This document shows positions 1-8,454 of a DNA stretch of 64,000 nucleotides, in pieces. The position numbers and the translations under genes were made by a program. The notes below the pieces were generated by a model. The model saw only the letters and a list, made by a program, of their open reading frames with translations, did not search any database and was not told the DNA's origin. Positions within the stretch are counted from its first letter, which is position 1. Every line of letters starts with the position of its first letter. This DNA is from Nitrososphaerales archaeon (lineage in GTDB: Archaea; Thermoproteota; Nitrososphaeria; Nitrososphaerales; Gagatemarchaeaceae): assembly GCA_030038395.1 (NCBI GenBank), contig JASHOZ010000056.1:23607-87606 (forward strand), in the 5' to 3' direction.

Positions 1-1
1 G

Positions 2-268
2 TCGGCACTGGGGCTTGACAGACGGTGGCTTGGCCGCATCCTTGACGACGGCGCGGTCGACGAACTCGTCTCGTTGGGAAAGAAGTATCGTTTCCACGCG
101 GGCCTCGAGGGGGGCGAAGGGGAGACGTTCGTCCTCGACTGCCCCCTATTCAAATCGAGAGTAGAAGTCGACAGGTCGGAGACGAGCTGGTCCCACGACT
201 CCGGGAGATACGACATTCTCGCGGCGCACCTGGAGCCAAAACAGGCGGCGTGGCCCGGCGCATCCTAG
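2..268 (+). CDS. Diphthine-ammonia ligase / DUF71 PP-loop ATPase, 3' part (5'-truncated by the window edge)
   Basis: Open frame from base 2 reads SALGLDRRWLGRILD...GLEGGEGETFVLDCPLF, matching the C-terminal GEGGE.ET.V.D.P.F motif of the Dph6 family. Confidence 0.75.
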   Translation, partial: SALGLDRRWLGRILDDGAVDELVSLGKKYRFHAGLEGGEGETFVLDCPLFKSRVEVDRSETSWSHDSGRYDILAAHLEPKQAAWPGAS

Positions 269-397
269 AGGTCCATCAGAAGGCCTATATCCTCAGACGC
301 CGGAGAAAAGGTGCTCTAGATGAAGGGATTCGGAAGAGCCGTCTGAGTTCTACGATGAAGATCAAGCCAAAGATAGAGCGCTAGCGGCCCAAGCCCA

Positions 398-1528
398 TCA
401 CGTCGCCCGGGGGGAACCCTCGGAACGCCCTGAGCGGACCGTGCCACGGTGACCCTCACCCGAACCGATCCTTCGCGTCTTCTCCACGATCCGGTTCCGC
501 AGCTGCCGCATGCCATCTCCGCGCGTCGCCGACGTTCTGACCGAGTCGAGTGCCGCAAACCTGTCACCAAGACTGATGTCAGCCGACCCCCGCGGAAGCC
601 GGTCGACCTTGTTGAGCACAAGCAGGACCTTCTTTGGGTCGACCGCGAGCTGCTCAAGGTTCTCGATGCAGCTCATCAACTTCGTCGTGACCGTCTCCAG
701 CGGCTCGCTCGCGTCGACCACGAGCAGGATCAAGTCGGCATACGTGAGCTCTTCCAGCGTTGACTTGAAGGACTCGACCAGATATGTCGGGAGCCTCGAG
801 ATGAAACCCACCGTGTCCGACAGCATCACCTTCTTCGAGCCAGGGAGCGCAATCGAGCGTGTGGTCGTGGAGAGGGTCGTGAAGAGGTTCGGCGACTCTT
901 CCTTCGACTCTGACGCGAGCCTGTTGAACAGGGTAGTCTTACCGCTGCTGGTGTACCCCGCGAGCGAGACGAGGGCCTCGCCCAGCTTCGCTCGTTCCTT
1001 TCGCTGCACCTCGCGACTCGTCTCCGCCTTGGCCAGCTTCTCCCTGATGAACGCCATCCTGCGCCTGAGGGCCTTGAATTTCACATCCACAGCCAGCTCT
1101 CCCATCCCCATGAACCCCGCCCGCTCGCCCGCGGTCGAGTTCCTGACCGCGTCCTTCGTCCTGGGGAGCTCGTAGCGCAGCTCGGCGAGCTGGACCTGGA
1201 GTTTAGCCTGCGCCGTCGCCGCTCTCATGGCGAAGATATTCAGAATCAGCCTCTCCCGGTCGATCACTTCGGCCCGCGCCAACCTTGCAAGGTTGTTCGC
1301 CTGCGCAGACGTGAGGCTCTCGTCGACTATGATTACGTCAGAGCCGTTCTCGTCTACGACTGCAGCAAGCTCCTGCGCCTTGCCTTCGCCGACCCCGAAC
1401 TCGGACTTCAAGACCTGCTTCAGTCCTATAACCATCGCAACGGTGTACCCCGCAGCCTTCGCGAGCTCCTCTGCCTCTCTCATCATGAAGTCGTCAGAAT
1501 ACGTCACGATTGTGGCTTTCATGGTCAC
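398..1528 (-). CDS. hflX: Ribosome-associated GTPase HflX
   Basis: N-terminal VIDRERLILNIF..RA....AKLQVQLAELRY motif; G1 GYTSSGKTT, LFTTL, G3 DTVGFI, G4 NKVD. Confidence 0.92.
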   Translation of the reverse strand: MTMKATIVTYSDDFMMREAEELAKAAGYTVAMVIGLKQVLKSEFGVGEGKAQELAAVVDENGSDVIIVDESLTSAQANNLARLARAEVIDRERLILNIFAMRAATAQAKLQVQLAELRYELPRTKDAVRNSTAGERAGFMGMGELAVDVKFKALRRRMAFIREKLAKAETSREVQRKERAKLGEALVSLAGYTSSGKTTLFNRLASESKEESPNLFTTLSTTTRSIALPGSKKVMLSDTVGFISRLPTYLVESFKSTLEELTYADLILLVVDASEPLETVTTKLMSCIENLEQLAVDPKKVLLVLNKVDRLPRGSADISLGDRFAALDSVRTSATRGDGMRQLRNRIVEKTRRIGSGEGHRGTVRSGRSEGSPRAT

Positions 1529-1586
1529 GAGGTCAGATGGGCATCAGGAAAGACGAGACTCTGAGCTTATCTGCGTCAGTCCGGTC

Positions 1587-1736
1587 CTACTGGAAGCCCA
1601 GTCCGGACGAGTCCATCTTCCGTACGCAGCTTGCGCATCGGAGGCCGCGAGGGGTCCTATAGAGCCGTTCCACCGCTCCACAGTTGGGACACGCCTTCGG
1701 CTGCAGCCGTGGCTGCTGGACGGATTCCGTCAACAT
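1587..1736 (-). CDS. 49-aa zinc-finger microprotein (CPNCG...CASC), absent from the ORF track
   Basis: Manual translation: MLTESVQQPRLQPKACPNCGAVERLYRTPRGLRCASCVRKMDSSGLGFQ*. G-rich SD-like GGGTGGGG lies just before the ATG; same strand as eIF5A and hflX. Confidence 0.6.
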   Translation of the reverse strand: MLTESVQQPRLQPKACPNCGAVERLYRTPRGLRCASCVRKMDSSGLGFQ

Positions 1737-1896
1737 CCCCACCCTTCAGACTGTCCCAGCGGCGTCGGTGCGAAGCCTGCCTCACGCCTGAAATGGTTCA
1801 CGGAGGACACTTCGAGCCGTCCCTAATAAGGGCGCTTCCGGCCGATGAGCTCTTCGAGCCCAGGACCCCAGGCGACCAGTCGTAGGGCAGGGGAGG

Positions 1897-2310
1897 TCAC
1901 GAACCGCCCTTCACGCGCATTATCTTCGTCTTGCCGAGCATGAGCCAGTACTCCACTTCCGTGCCAGGAGCGAGCGTCCCATTGAGCTCAGCCATCTCTT
2001 CAGGTGTCGGCTTCGGCGTCTCGAAGACCTCGAAGTTTTCCAGGTCCATCAGCTGCACGGTGTTATCCATTATCGAAGTGATCTGGCCCGACCGCTTGTC
2101 GATCATAGGGACCTCTACCCTAGACTCGGCAGGCGAGACGTAACTCTTCTTCGAACCCGTCGTGATTGATATCGCTACGAGCCTTACCTTCGCGCTCCCG
2201 TGCTTGCCAGGCTTGAAGTGCTCGCGGCTGACGATCTTGCATGGCTCGCCGTCTAAGATGATGTAGCTGCCCTCCTTCAGGCTGCCGAGGTCGGCAGGTC
2301 TGCTGCTCAA
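1897..2310 (-). CDS. eif5a: Translation factor aIF5A/eIF5A
   Basis: Hypusine loop KPGKHGSAK, IILDGEPCKI, VQLMDLENFE. TTG start at 2310 chosen because a TATA-like TTATTTAG lies about 30 nt upstream (ORF track starts at 2331). Confidence 0.95.
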   Translation of the reverse strand: MSSRPADLGSLKEGSYIILDGEPCKIVSREHFKPGKHGSAKVRLVAISITTGSKKSYVSPAESRVEVPMIDKRSGQITSIMDNTVQLMDLENFEVFETPKPTPEEMAELNGTLAPGTEVEYWLMLGKTKIMRVKGGS

Positions 2311-2442
2311 GTCAGTCGCGCCCTGCCTCACGGTGGAAACTAAATAAGCGCATCAGCTTCCACTCGTTTCTTCAACGCCGGTTCACTGGTCCAGGCCCGA
2401 TTCCGTCAAGACCCCAGATCTGCCTAGGCAAGTGTCAGCCTT

Positions 2443-3099
2443 CTAGAATGTGTCGACCGTGTCCAGACGACCGCCCATGAAGTGGTCCTCGAGGACCCTC
2501 CTTTCGGTCTTTCGCAGGGACTCGAAGAGGGTCGGCGCGGAGACCCCCACTTCCTTCGCCAGCGCCCTAATGCGGATACGCTTCGGGAAGTCGAAGTACC
2601 CTCTCTCGAAGGCGGTCTGCAATAGCCACTCTCGCCTCGGAGTAATCCCTCGCCTGGGTCGGACCTCCGAAATCGTGTCTATCCGGTAATCCACGCGCCT
2701 CTGAGCGAGCTTTCTCAACAGGCCCTTCAACGACCTCTTCGTCCCAAGCACTCTCCATTCGATCTCTTTCCCCGCCCCGTTCGAGGCAAACGCGAGAAAA
2801 CAGTCCGAATCGGCTATGCATCTCATGATCAGCCCTTTCGCCCTTATCAGCCCCACAAGTCTGCCTTGGCCAGAGTGGGTTATCGCGAGCTCGGAGACCT
2901 CGGGGTCGGCTCTGATTTCCTCGATCAATTCCTGCTTTGACTTCTGGTCGACAATCACCTCGATCAGTTGTAGCACGCCGTCCCGTCCACGCGAGCGCTT
3001 TGATCTAAGGATCCTCAGTCTCGCGTGATAGCGCAGGGTAATCGTCTCTATCCAGTGTTGATGACCCGTCGCGACGACGGAGGCTTCGATAAGCTCCAA
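2443..3099 (-). CDS. HTH_10 (bacterio-opsin activator-type HTH) transcriptional regulator
   Basis: C-terminal TPRREWLLQTAFERGYFDFPKRIRIRALAKEVGVSAPTLFESLRKTE is typical of HTH_10. Start is uncertain (TTG 3099 or ATG 3138). Confidence 0.85.
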   Translation of the reverse strand: MELIEASVVATGHQHWIETITLRYHARLRILRSKRSRGRDGVLQLIEVIVDQKSKQELIEEIRADPEVSELAITHSGQGRLVGLIRAKGLIMRCIADSDCFLAFASNGAGKEIEWRVLGTKRSLKGLLRKLAQRRVDYRIDTISEVRPRRGITPRREWLLQTAFERGYFDFPKRIRIRALAKEVGVSAPTLFESLRKTERRVLEDHFMGGRLDTVDTF

Positions 3100-3159
3100 T
3101 TGATTGACCGATTGCAATGGCGAGATCCTTAAAACCATGACTAGGATGTTCCCGCCCGG

Positions 3160-3177
3160 ACCTAACTAACGTTAGGT
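3160..3177. promoter_or_regulatory. Perfect 7-bp inverted repeat ACCTAAC-N4-GTTAGGT between the divergent HTH_10 and CLC genes (candidate operator or RNA hairpin)
   Basis: Seen directly; about 30 nt from a TATA-like TTAAAA at 3129-3134. Confidence 0.5.
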
Positions 3178-3214
3178 GGAACCTTCATGCTGCAAACAGC
3201 CCAACCGGGCGGCA

Positions 3215-5011
3215 TTGACGGCGACGAGCAAGAAGACAGTCCTAGAGCGCGAGGAGTCCAGGATCTGGCTACTGACTCTCTTAGCGGGCATCATCGGGCT
3301 GGCGGCAGGACTCATCGCCTTCGCGCTTTACCACCTCATAGGGCTCATCACGAACGTCTTCTACTATCAGAAGCCGAGTTTCTCGTTCGCTTCGCCTGAG
3401 TTCAACAACCTCGGAGTCCTAGCCATCGCGGTCCCGGCGGTAGGGGGCCTACTGGCAGGCTTGATGATCAAGTTCGGTTCGACCAAGATTACCGGCCACG
3501 GGATTCCGGAGACGATGGAGGCTGTGCTTCTGAATCGGAGCAAAGTCGAACCAAAGGTAGGTGTGCTCAAGGCGCTTTCGGCGGCTGTCACGATCGGGTC
3601 GGGGCAGCCCTTCGGAGCCGAGGGTCCCATAATCCAGACGGGCGGGGCGTTCGGCTCGTTCGTGGGACAGACGATAAGCATGACCGGTTCGGAGAGGAAG
3701 ATTCTCCTCGCGTCCGGCGCCGCAGCCGGGATGGCCGCTATCTTCGGGACTCCGATCGCCGCGGTGCTGCTCGCAGTCGAGCTGCTCTTGTTCGAGTTCA
3801 GGGCGAAGTCTCTCGTCCCAGTTGCCATCGCCTCGGCAATAGGGGCTTGGTTGCACATCTACCTGATCTCCCCCCAGCCTCTCTTCCAGACCCCTTCGTA
3901 CAGTTTCGGTGGTCTCGACTCGCTCCCGTTCTACGTCGCGCTCGGCCTGATCTGCGGGGTCCTCGGTTCCGGCCTTACCAAGGGACTGTATAGAACGGAA
4001 AGGCTCCTCGGAAAGGCCAGGCTGGGGCAGCCCTGGCTTCCTGCGCTGGGCGGACTTGCAGTCGGGGCGATCGGGTTGGCCGCCCCGCAAGTCCTCGGTG
4101 TGGGGTACAACGTGATCGCGGGCGTCTTGAACGGGCAGTACGTCCTGGACCTCGTCGTTCTACTCATAGTAGCCAAGTCGGTGGCTTGGCTCGTCGCGAT
4201 GGGTTCGCAGACGTCGGGCGGGACGCTCGCACCTCTCTTCATCATCGGGAGTTCGATCGGTTACCTGTTCGGGTCGTGGGCGGTCTCAGCCGACGTCGGG
4301 TTGGGCGTTGTCCCGGCAGTCTTCGCCGTGGCCGGAATGGCCGCGGTATTCGGTACAGCTTCACGGGCGCCGCTTACCTCGATAGTATTCGCGCTCGAGG
4401 TGACCAAGGACTACCAAGGCGTGCTTCCGGTGGTCGTAACAGTAGTGATCGCCGAGCTTGTCGGAGAAGCCCTGATGGACGAGTCGATCATGACAGAGAG
4501 GCTGGCGGGAAGGGGTCTGAGGGTCAGGAACTTCTACGAGTACAACCCGCTCCGCCAAGTCAGGATAAAGACACTCATGTCATCGCCAGCGCAGTCGGTT
4601 GACGCCGAGGAGAAGGCGGCCGTGCTCCGCAGGCAGATGTCCAGTAGCGACCACCCCTTCCGGCTAAGGAAGCGGCTCGTCGTAGTTCGGGAAGGCAGAC
4701 CGATTGGCGTGATAGAGGGGGACGACATCAACCAACCGGCGGCAGACCCCCAGTCCGTCACCGTGGGCGAAGTCTGCGGGAAGAGCTTCGAGCAGGTATC
4801 TCAGGACGAATTCGCCTACGAAGGGCTGAGGACAATGGCCCTGCGCGGCGTCTCGTTCCTGGTGGTCGTTGACAGCGAGGGAAAGCTGGTCGGCTATCTC
4901 TCTCAGGGAGACCTGATGCGGGTCCTTAAGCGCAAGATCGAGGACGAGACCATCGTCGAAGGGCCGAGATACGGCCCCGCAGCCTCTGCAGGGCCGCAAG
5001 GAAGTGGGTGA
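3215..5011 (+). CDS. CLC-family chloride channel/transporter with C-terminal CBS pair
   Basis: GHGIPE, GAEGPIIQ, GGTLAP and RAPLTS CLC motifs, many TM helices, CBS-like tail. Probable TTG start at 3215 (ORF track 3176). Confidence 0.9.
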   Translation: MTATSKKTVLEREESRIWLLTLLAGIIGLAAGLIAFALYHLIGLITNVFYYQKPSFSFASPEFNNLGVLAIAVPAVGGLLAGLMIKFGSTKITGHGIPETMEAVLLNRSKVEPKVGVLKALSAAVTIGSGQPFGAEGPIIQTGGAFGSFVGQTISMTGSERKILLASGAAAGMAAIFGTPIAAVLLAVELLLFEFRAKSLVPVAIASAIGAWLHIYLISPQPLFQTPSYSFGGLDSLPFYVALGLICGVLGSGLTKGLYRTERLLGKARLGQPWLPALGGLAVGAIGLAAPQVLGVGYNVIAGVLNGQYVLDLVVLLIVAKSVAWLVAMGSQTSGGTLAPLFIIGSSIGYLFGSWAVSADVGLGVVPAVFAVAGMAAVFGTASRAPLTSIVFALEVTKDYQGVLPVVVTVVIAELVGEALMDESIMTERLAGRGLRVRNFYEYNPLRQVRIKTLMSSPAQSVDAEEKAAVLRRQMSSSDHPFRLRKRLVVVREGRPIGVIEGDDINQPAADPQSVTVGEVCGKSFEQVSQDEFAYEGLRTMALRGVSFLVVVDSEGKLVGYLSQGDLMRVLKRKIEDETIVEGPRYGPAASAGPQGSG

Positions 5012-6374
5012 AACAGACAGCTTGCTCCTTCAGAACTGGTGGTACACCACGCTCATCGGCACGAAGCGGTCCATCCAGCCTCCCCTCAAAGATGACAGGA
5101 GGTGCGACGTCCTTGTGATTGGCGGAGGCGCGGCGGGACTGGCGGCCGCCTCCCGGCTCGCCGGCTCAGGGAAGAAGGTCGTCCTCGTCGAAAAGAACAT
5201 CTGTGGCGGGAGCTCGACGGGAAAGAGCGCGGGGTTTCTGACTCCTGACAGCGAGTTGGAGCTCTCGCAGTTGGTAAGGCGCTTCGGCGTCCAAGGGGCC
5301 AAAGACCTGTGGGACGTTCCTGTCCGAGGGATTTCTCTGATGCTCGACATGATGAAGTCAGGAGGGTTCGACTGCGACCTGCAGAAGCAGGACAGCCTCT
5401 TCTTGGGGAAAGGGCCAAAGGGGTTCAAAGCGGTCGAGGAAGAGGCGGAGTCGAGGAGGACTCTGGGGTACGGCTCAAGGGTCTACGAGGGGAGCGAACT
5501 TGGTTCCGTGCTGGGCTCGGTGGGCTACTCTTCAGCGATAAGATACGAAGGGACGTACGGAGTAGACGGCCTCAGATACGCACAGGGGCTCAAGGGAGCG
5601 CTCCTGGACAAGGGAGTGGAAGTCTACGAGTCGTCGGAAGTCCTGAAGTTCTCCGGCCACACTGCTACGACCCACATGGGATCCGTCACTGCAGACCAGG
5701 TAGTCTTCTGCGCCGACAAGTTGAGCCCGGCCCTGAGCCCCTACTCCTGGAACGTGTATCACGAACAGACGTTCCTTTCAATTACAGAGCCGCTTAGCGA
5801 ACGGGAGCAGAGGTCACTGTTTCCACAGCAACCCCTCCAGTGCTGGGACTCGGACCTCGTCTACTCCTACTTCCGGCTCACAGGCGCCAAGAGACTCCTC
5901 CTCGGCGGGGGGAGCCTCCTGACGACTTATGCGAAGAACGATGCAACTACCGCGAGGGTGATCGACCACGTGATTGGCGGCTTCAGGCACATGTTTCCCA
6001 ACCTCGGCGGCGTCAAGTTCACGCAATATTGGATGGGGAGGATAGACATGACCCGTGACCTTCTCCCGACCGTGCTGAGGGAGCCCCGGGCCCCTTGGGT
6101 GCACCATGTCTTAGGCTGCGTCGGCCTACCATGGGCTACTTTCTGCGGCGACTTCGCTGCACGACAGGTGCTGGCAGAGAAGGAGACGGGAGACGAGAAG
6201 TACTACGCCTACTTCGACGCTGAGAGGAAATTCCTAGTCCCCATCTGGCTGGAGAGGGCAATCGGGAAGAGGCTGGCCTTTCCCATCAACAACGCCTGGG
6301 CGAAGTACTATCAACGGGACGTGAGGCACGGGCACCCGTCCTCCGCGTCGCCTTGGGCCGCTGCGTCTCCATGA
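5004..6374 (+). CDS. FAD-dependent oxidoreductase (DAO family, PuuB-like)
   Basis: DVLVIGGGAAGLAAA Rossmann motif, GGSSTGKSAG; overlaps the end of the CLC gene by 8 nt (operon). Confidence 0.85.
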   Translation: MGETDSLLLQNWWYTTLIGTKRSIQPPLKDDRRCDVLVIGGGAAGLAAASRLAGSGKKVVLVEKNICGGSSTGKSAGFLTPDSELELSQLVRRFGVQGAKDLWDVPVRGISLMLDMMKSGGFDCDLQKQDSLFLGKGPKGFKAVEEEAESRRTLGYGSRVYEGSELGSVLGSVGYSSAIRYEGTYGVDGLRYAQGLKGALLDKGVEVYESSEVLKFSGHTATTHMGSVTADQVVFCADKLSPALSPYSWNVYHEQTFLSITEPLSEREQRSLFPQQPLQCWDSDLVYSYFRLTGAKRLLLGGGSLLTTYAKNDATTARVIDHVIGGFRHMFPNLGGVKFTQYWMGRIDMTRDLLPTVLREPRAPWVHHVLGCVGLPWATFCGDFAARQVLAEKETGDEKYYAYFDAERKFLVPIWLERAIGKRLAFPINNAWAKYYQRDVRHGHPSSASPWAAASP

Positions 6375-6562
6375 GCCCCCTAACGTAATTTCGACCACAG
6401 AGCCATGTCCGCGGATGATAACGGGGCCCAAATCGGGTAAACAAACTAAATAAACATCGCACCTGAAGACATGACACAACGGAAGAACATATGGAGTTGC
6501 GAGCTGCTTTTCCGACTTACTGTTGCCTTCCCTCAGAAATGATCGGCTGATGGTTCACCTAT

Positions 6563-7054
6563 TTGTCTGAGCCTGCATACGTCCTCGACTCCACTGCGTT
6601 CTACGCCGGCATCCCGTATCAGGGTAGCGGGCGGTACTATACCACTTACCTAGTGCTCGAAGAGGTCAAGCACAACAACATCGGATCCTCCTTCCTCCAC
6701 TCACGCGTGCACGTCACAGAGCCATCACCTGACTCGGTCAACAAGGTGAAGATGACAGCGATGAAGACGGGTGATGCCGGTGCTCTCTCCCAGACAGACC
6801 TCTCTCTGATTGCCCTCGCGATGGACCTCTCGATAGCGGACGGCGGCGTGAACCTGGTCTCTGACGACTTCGCAGTGAGAAATGTAGCGAAGGTTCTCGC
6901 GATACCTCTCGCGCAGACCTCGATAAAGGGGGGAGCATGGAAGAACATAGTCTGGAAGAACTATTGCAGGGGGTGCGGGAAGGAGTACACGAACCCGAAG
7001 CTGACCGACTGCCCAGTCTGCGGGACCAGACTGGTTCGCAAGGCCACAGGCTAG
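6563..7054 (+). CDS. nob1: Nob1-like PIN-domain endonuclease with C-terminal Zn ribbon
   Basis: YVLDSTAF, LSQTDLSLIALA, SDDFAVRNVA, CRGC...CPVCG. Confidence 0.88.
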   Translation: MSEPAYVLDSTAFYAGIPYQGSGRYYTTYLVLEEVKHNNIGSSFLHSRVHVTEPSPDSVNKVKMTAMKTGDAGALSQTDLSLIALAMDLSIADGGVNLVSDDFAVRNVAKVLAIPLAQTSIKGGAWKNIVWKNYCRGCGKEYTNPKLTDCPVCGTRLVRKATG

Positions 7055-7165
7055 GAGCCTCTGTGCGCAACGGACGCTTAGGCGCTAAGGCTGTCTAACT
7101 AGGTAGCATTATACTACCATGTTTATTAGGGAGGAGTTACGCCCAAACACGTAGAGTGATATTGA

Positions 7166-8137
7166 GTGGATAAGCACCAGACTTCGATTCTGCAGGTTTC
7201 CGACAAGTGCCCGCAGTGCGGCAGGCGCGCTCTGATTGAAGACGCGCACACGGGGGAGCTGACGTGCCAGCAGTGCGGCTTCGTCGTGAGCGAGCGGGGG
7301 GTCGACCAGGGCCCAGAGTGGAGGATGTTCAGCGACGATGGCGCGACCGACAGGGGAAGAGCGGGCGCCCCCACGTCGATCACCTACAAGGACATGGGAC
7401 TATCGACCGTGATTGGCAGGTCCGGTAGGGACGCGTCTGGGAGGGCTTTCGCTTCGCCGATGCGGAGCACGATGGAAAGGCTCAGGAAGTGGGACAACAG
7501 ATCCCCCGCCTTCGGCTCCGCCGAGAAGAACCTCGGCGTCGCGATGCGAGAGCTCGACAAGATGGGCGACAAGCTGGGCGTCTCGCAGGCGGTGAGAGAG
7601 CGCGCCGCCCACATCTACAGGAAGGCACTGGAGAGGGGTCTCCTCCGAGGAAGGTCCATAGTCGGAATCTCGGCCGCGTCACTCTACGCCGCGTTCAGGG
7701 ATACAGAAACCCCCAGGACGCTCAAGGACATCGCCGCGGTCAGCAACCTCGGCAAGAAGGCGGTGGCGAGGGACTACCGCATCCTGCTGAAGGAGATGGA
7801 CCTGAACATGCCGGTGGCGGACGCCGCGAGGAACGTCAACAGGATAGCCTCGAAGGTAGGGCTCCCCGAGAGGGTCGCGCGCAAGGCGATAGAAATCGTC
7901 AGGATGACCGAGGAGAGGGAGATCTCCGCGGGGAAGGCGCCCATGGGGCTGGCCGCGAGCGCCCTATACCTGGCTGGCGTGATGGAAGGCGAGGTGCGGA
8001 CCCAGAAGGAGATAGCGGAAGCCGCAGGGGTGACCGAGGTGACCGTGCGCAACAGGTACAAGGGGCTCAGGGCCGACCTCGGGAAGACGCTCGGGCTAGA
8101 CTCCGAGCTTCCGGAACCTCGGATGGCAGCAGGGTAG
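7166..8137 (+). CDS. tfb: Transcription initiation factor IIB (TFB)
   Basis: Zn ribbon CPQCG...CQQCG, B-reader DQGPEWRMF, two cyclin repeats, TQKEIAEAAGVTEVTVRNRYK. Confidence 0.97.
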   Translation: MDKHQTSILQVSDKCPQCGRRALIEDAHTGELTCQQCGFVVSERGVDQGPEWRMFSDDGATDRGRAGAPTSITYKDMGLSTVIGRSGRDASGRAFASPMRSTMERLRKWDNRSPAFGSAEKNLGVAMRELDKMGDKLGVSQAVRERAAHIYRKALERGLLRGRSIVGISAASLYAAFRDTETPRTLKDIAAVSNLGKKAVARDYRILLKEMDLNMPVADAARNVNRIASKVGLPERVARKAIEIVRMTEEREISAGKAPMGLAASALYLAGVMEGEVRTQKEIAEAAGVTEVTVRNRYKGLRADLGKTLGLDSELPEPRMAAG

Positions 8138-8145
8138 CAAAAGAG

Positions 8146-8259
8146 TGGACTGGGGGGGACCTTCACCCATGAAACCACCCTTAAGGTGTTCCACTGCGAT
8201 TTGAACCCCCGACCTCCTCCGTGCGAGGGAGGCATTCTACCAGGTTGAACTACCAGCCC
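8146..8259 (-). tRNA. tRNA-Ala(CGC) with a 40-nt BHB intron at 59/60 (intron 8160-8199)
   Basis: Cloverleaf GGGCTGG/CCAGTCC-A with G3:U70 Ala identity pair; anticodon arm CCTCC-CT-CGC-AC-GGAGG; BHB with central helix TTCA/TGAA, bulges AA|T and GG|T, outer helix GGGGG/CCCCC. Confidence 0.93.
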
Positions 8260-8454
8260 ACATGAAAGGACCTTCCACGGCGTTCTTATCTTCTTCTTTT
8301 GCTTCCTTCTTCACGTGAGGCGGATGCTAATGGCGTTGAACCATCGATCATGGCCCGCGTCAATCACTCCTTCATGCATACGGGTCCTGGGAGGCCCAGC
8401 TGCATCAGAGACGGCAGAAACCCTTTTCCAAGCCCACAGAAAGCGAGCCAGTAG

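Noticed and set aside
6400..6560. Possible C/D-box sRNA or fluoride riboswitch (ATGATAA...CTGA; GCTGATGG)
   Set aside because: Boxes are degenerate, C'/D' elements and riboswitch P1/pseudoknot pairing are absent
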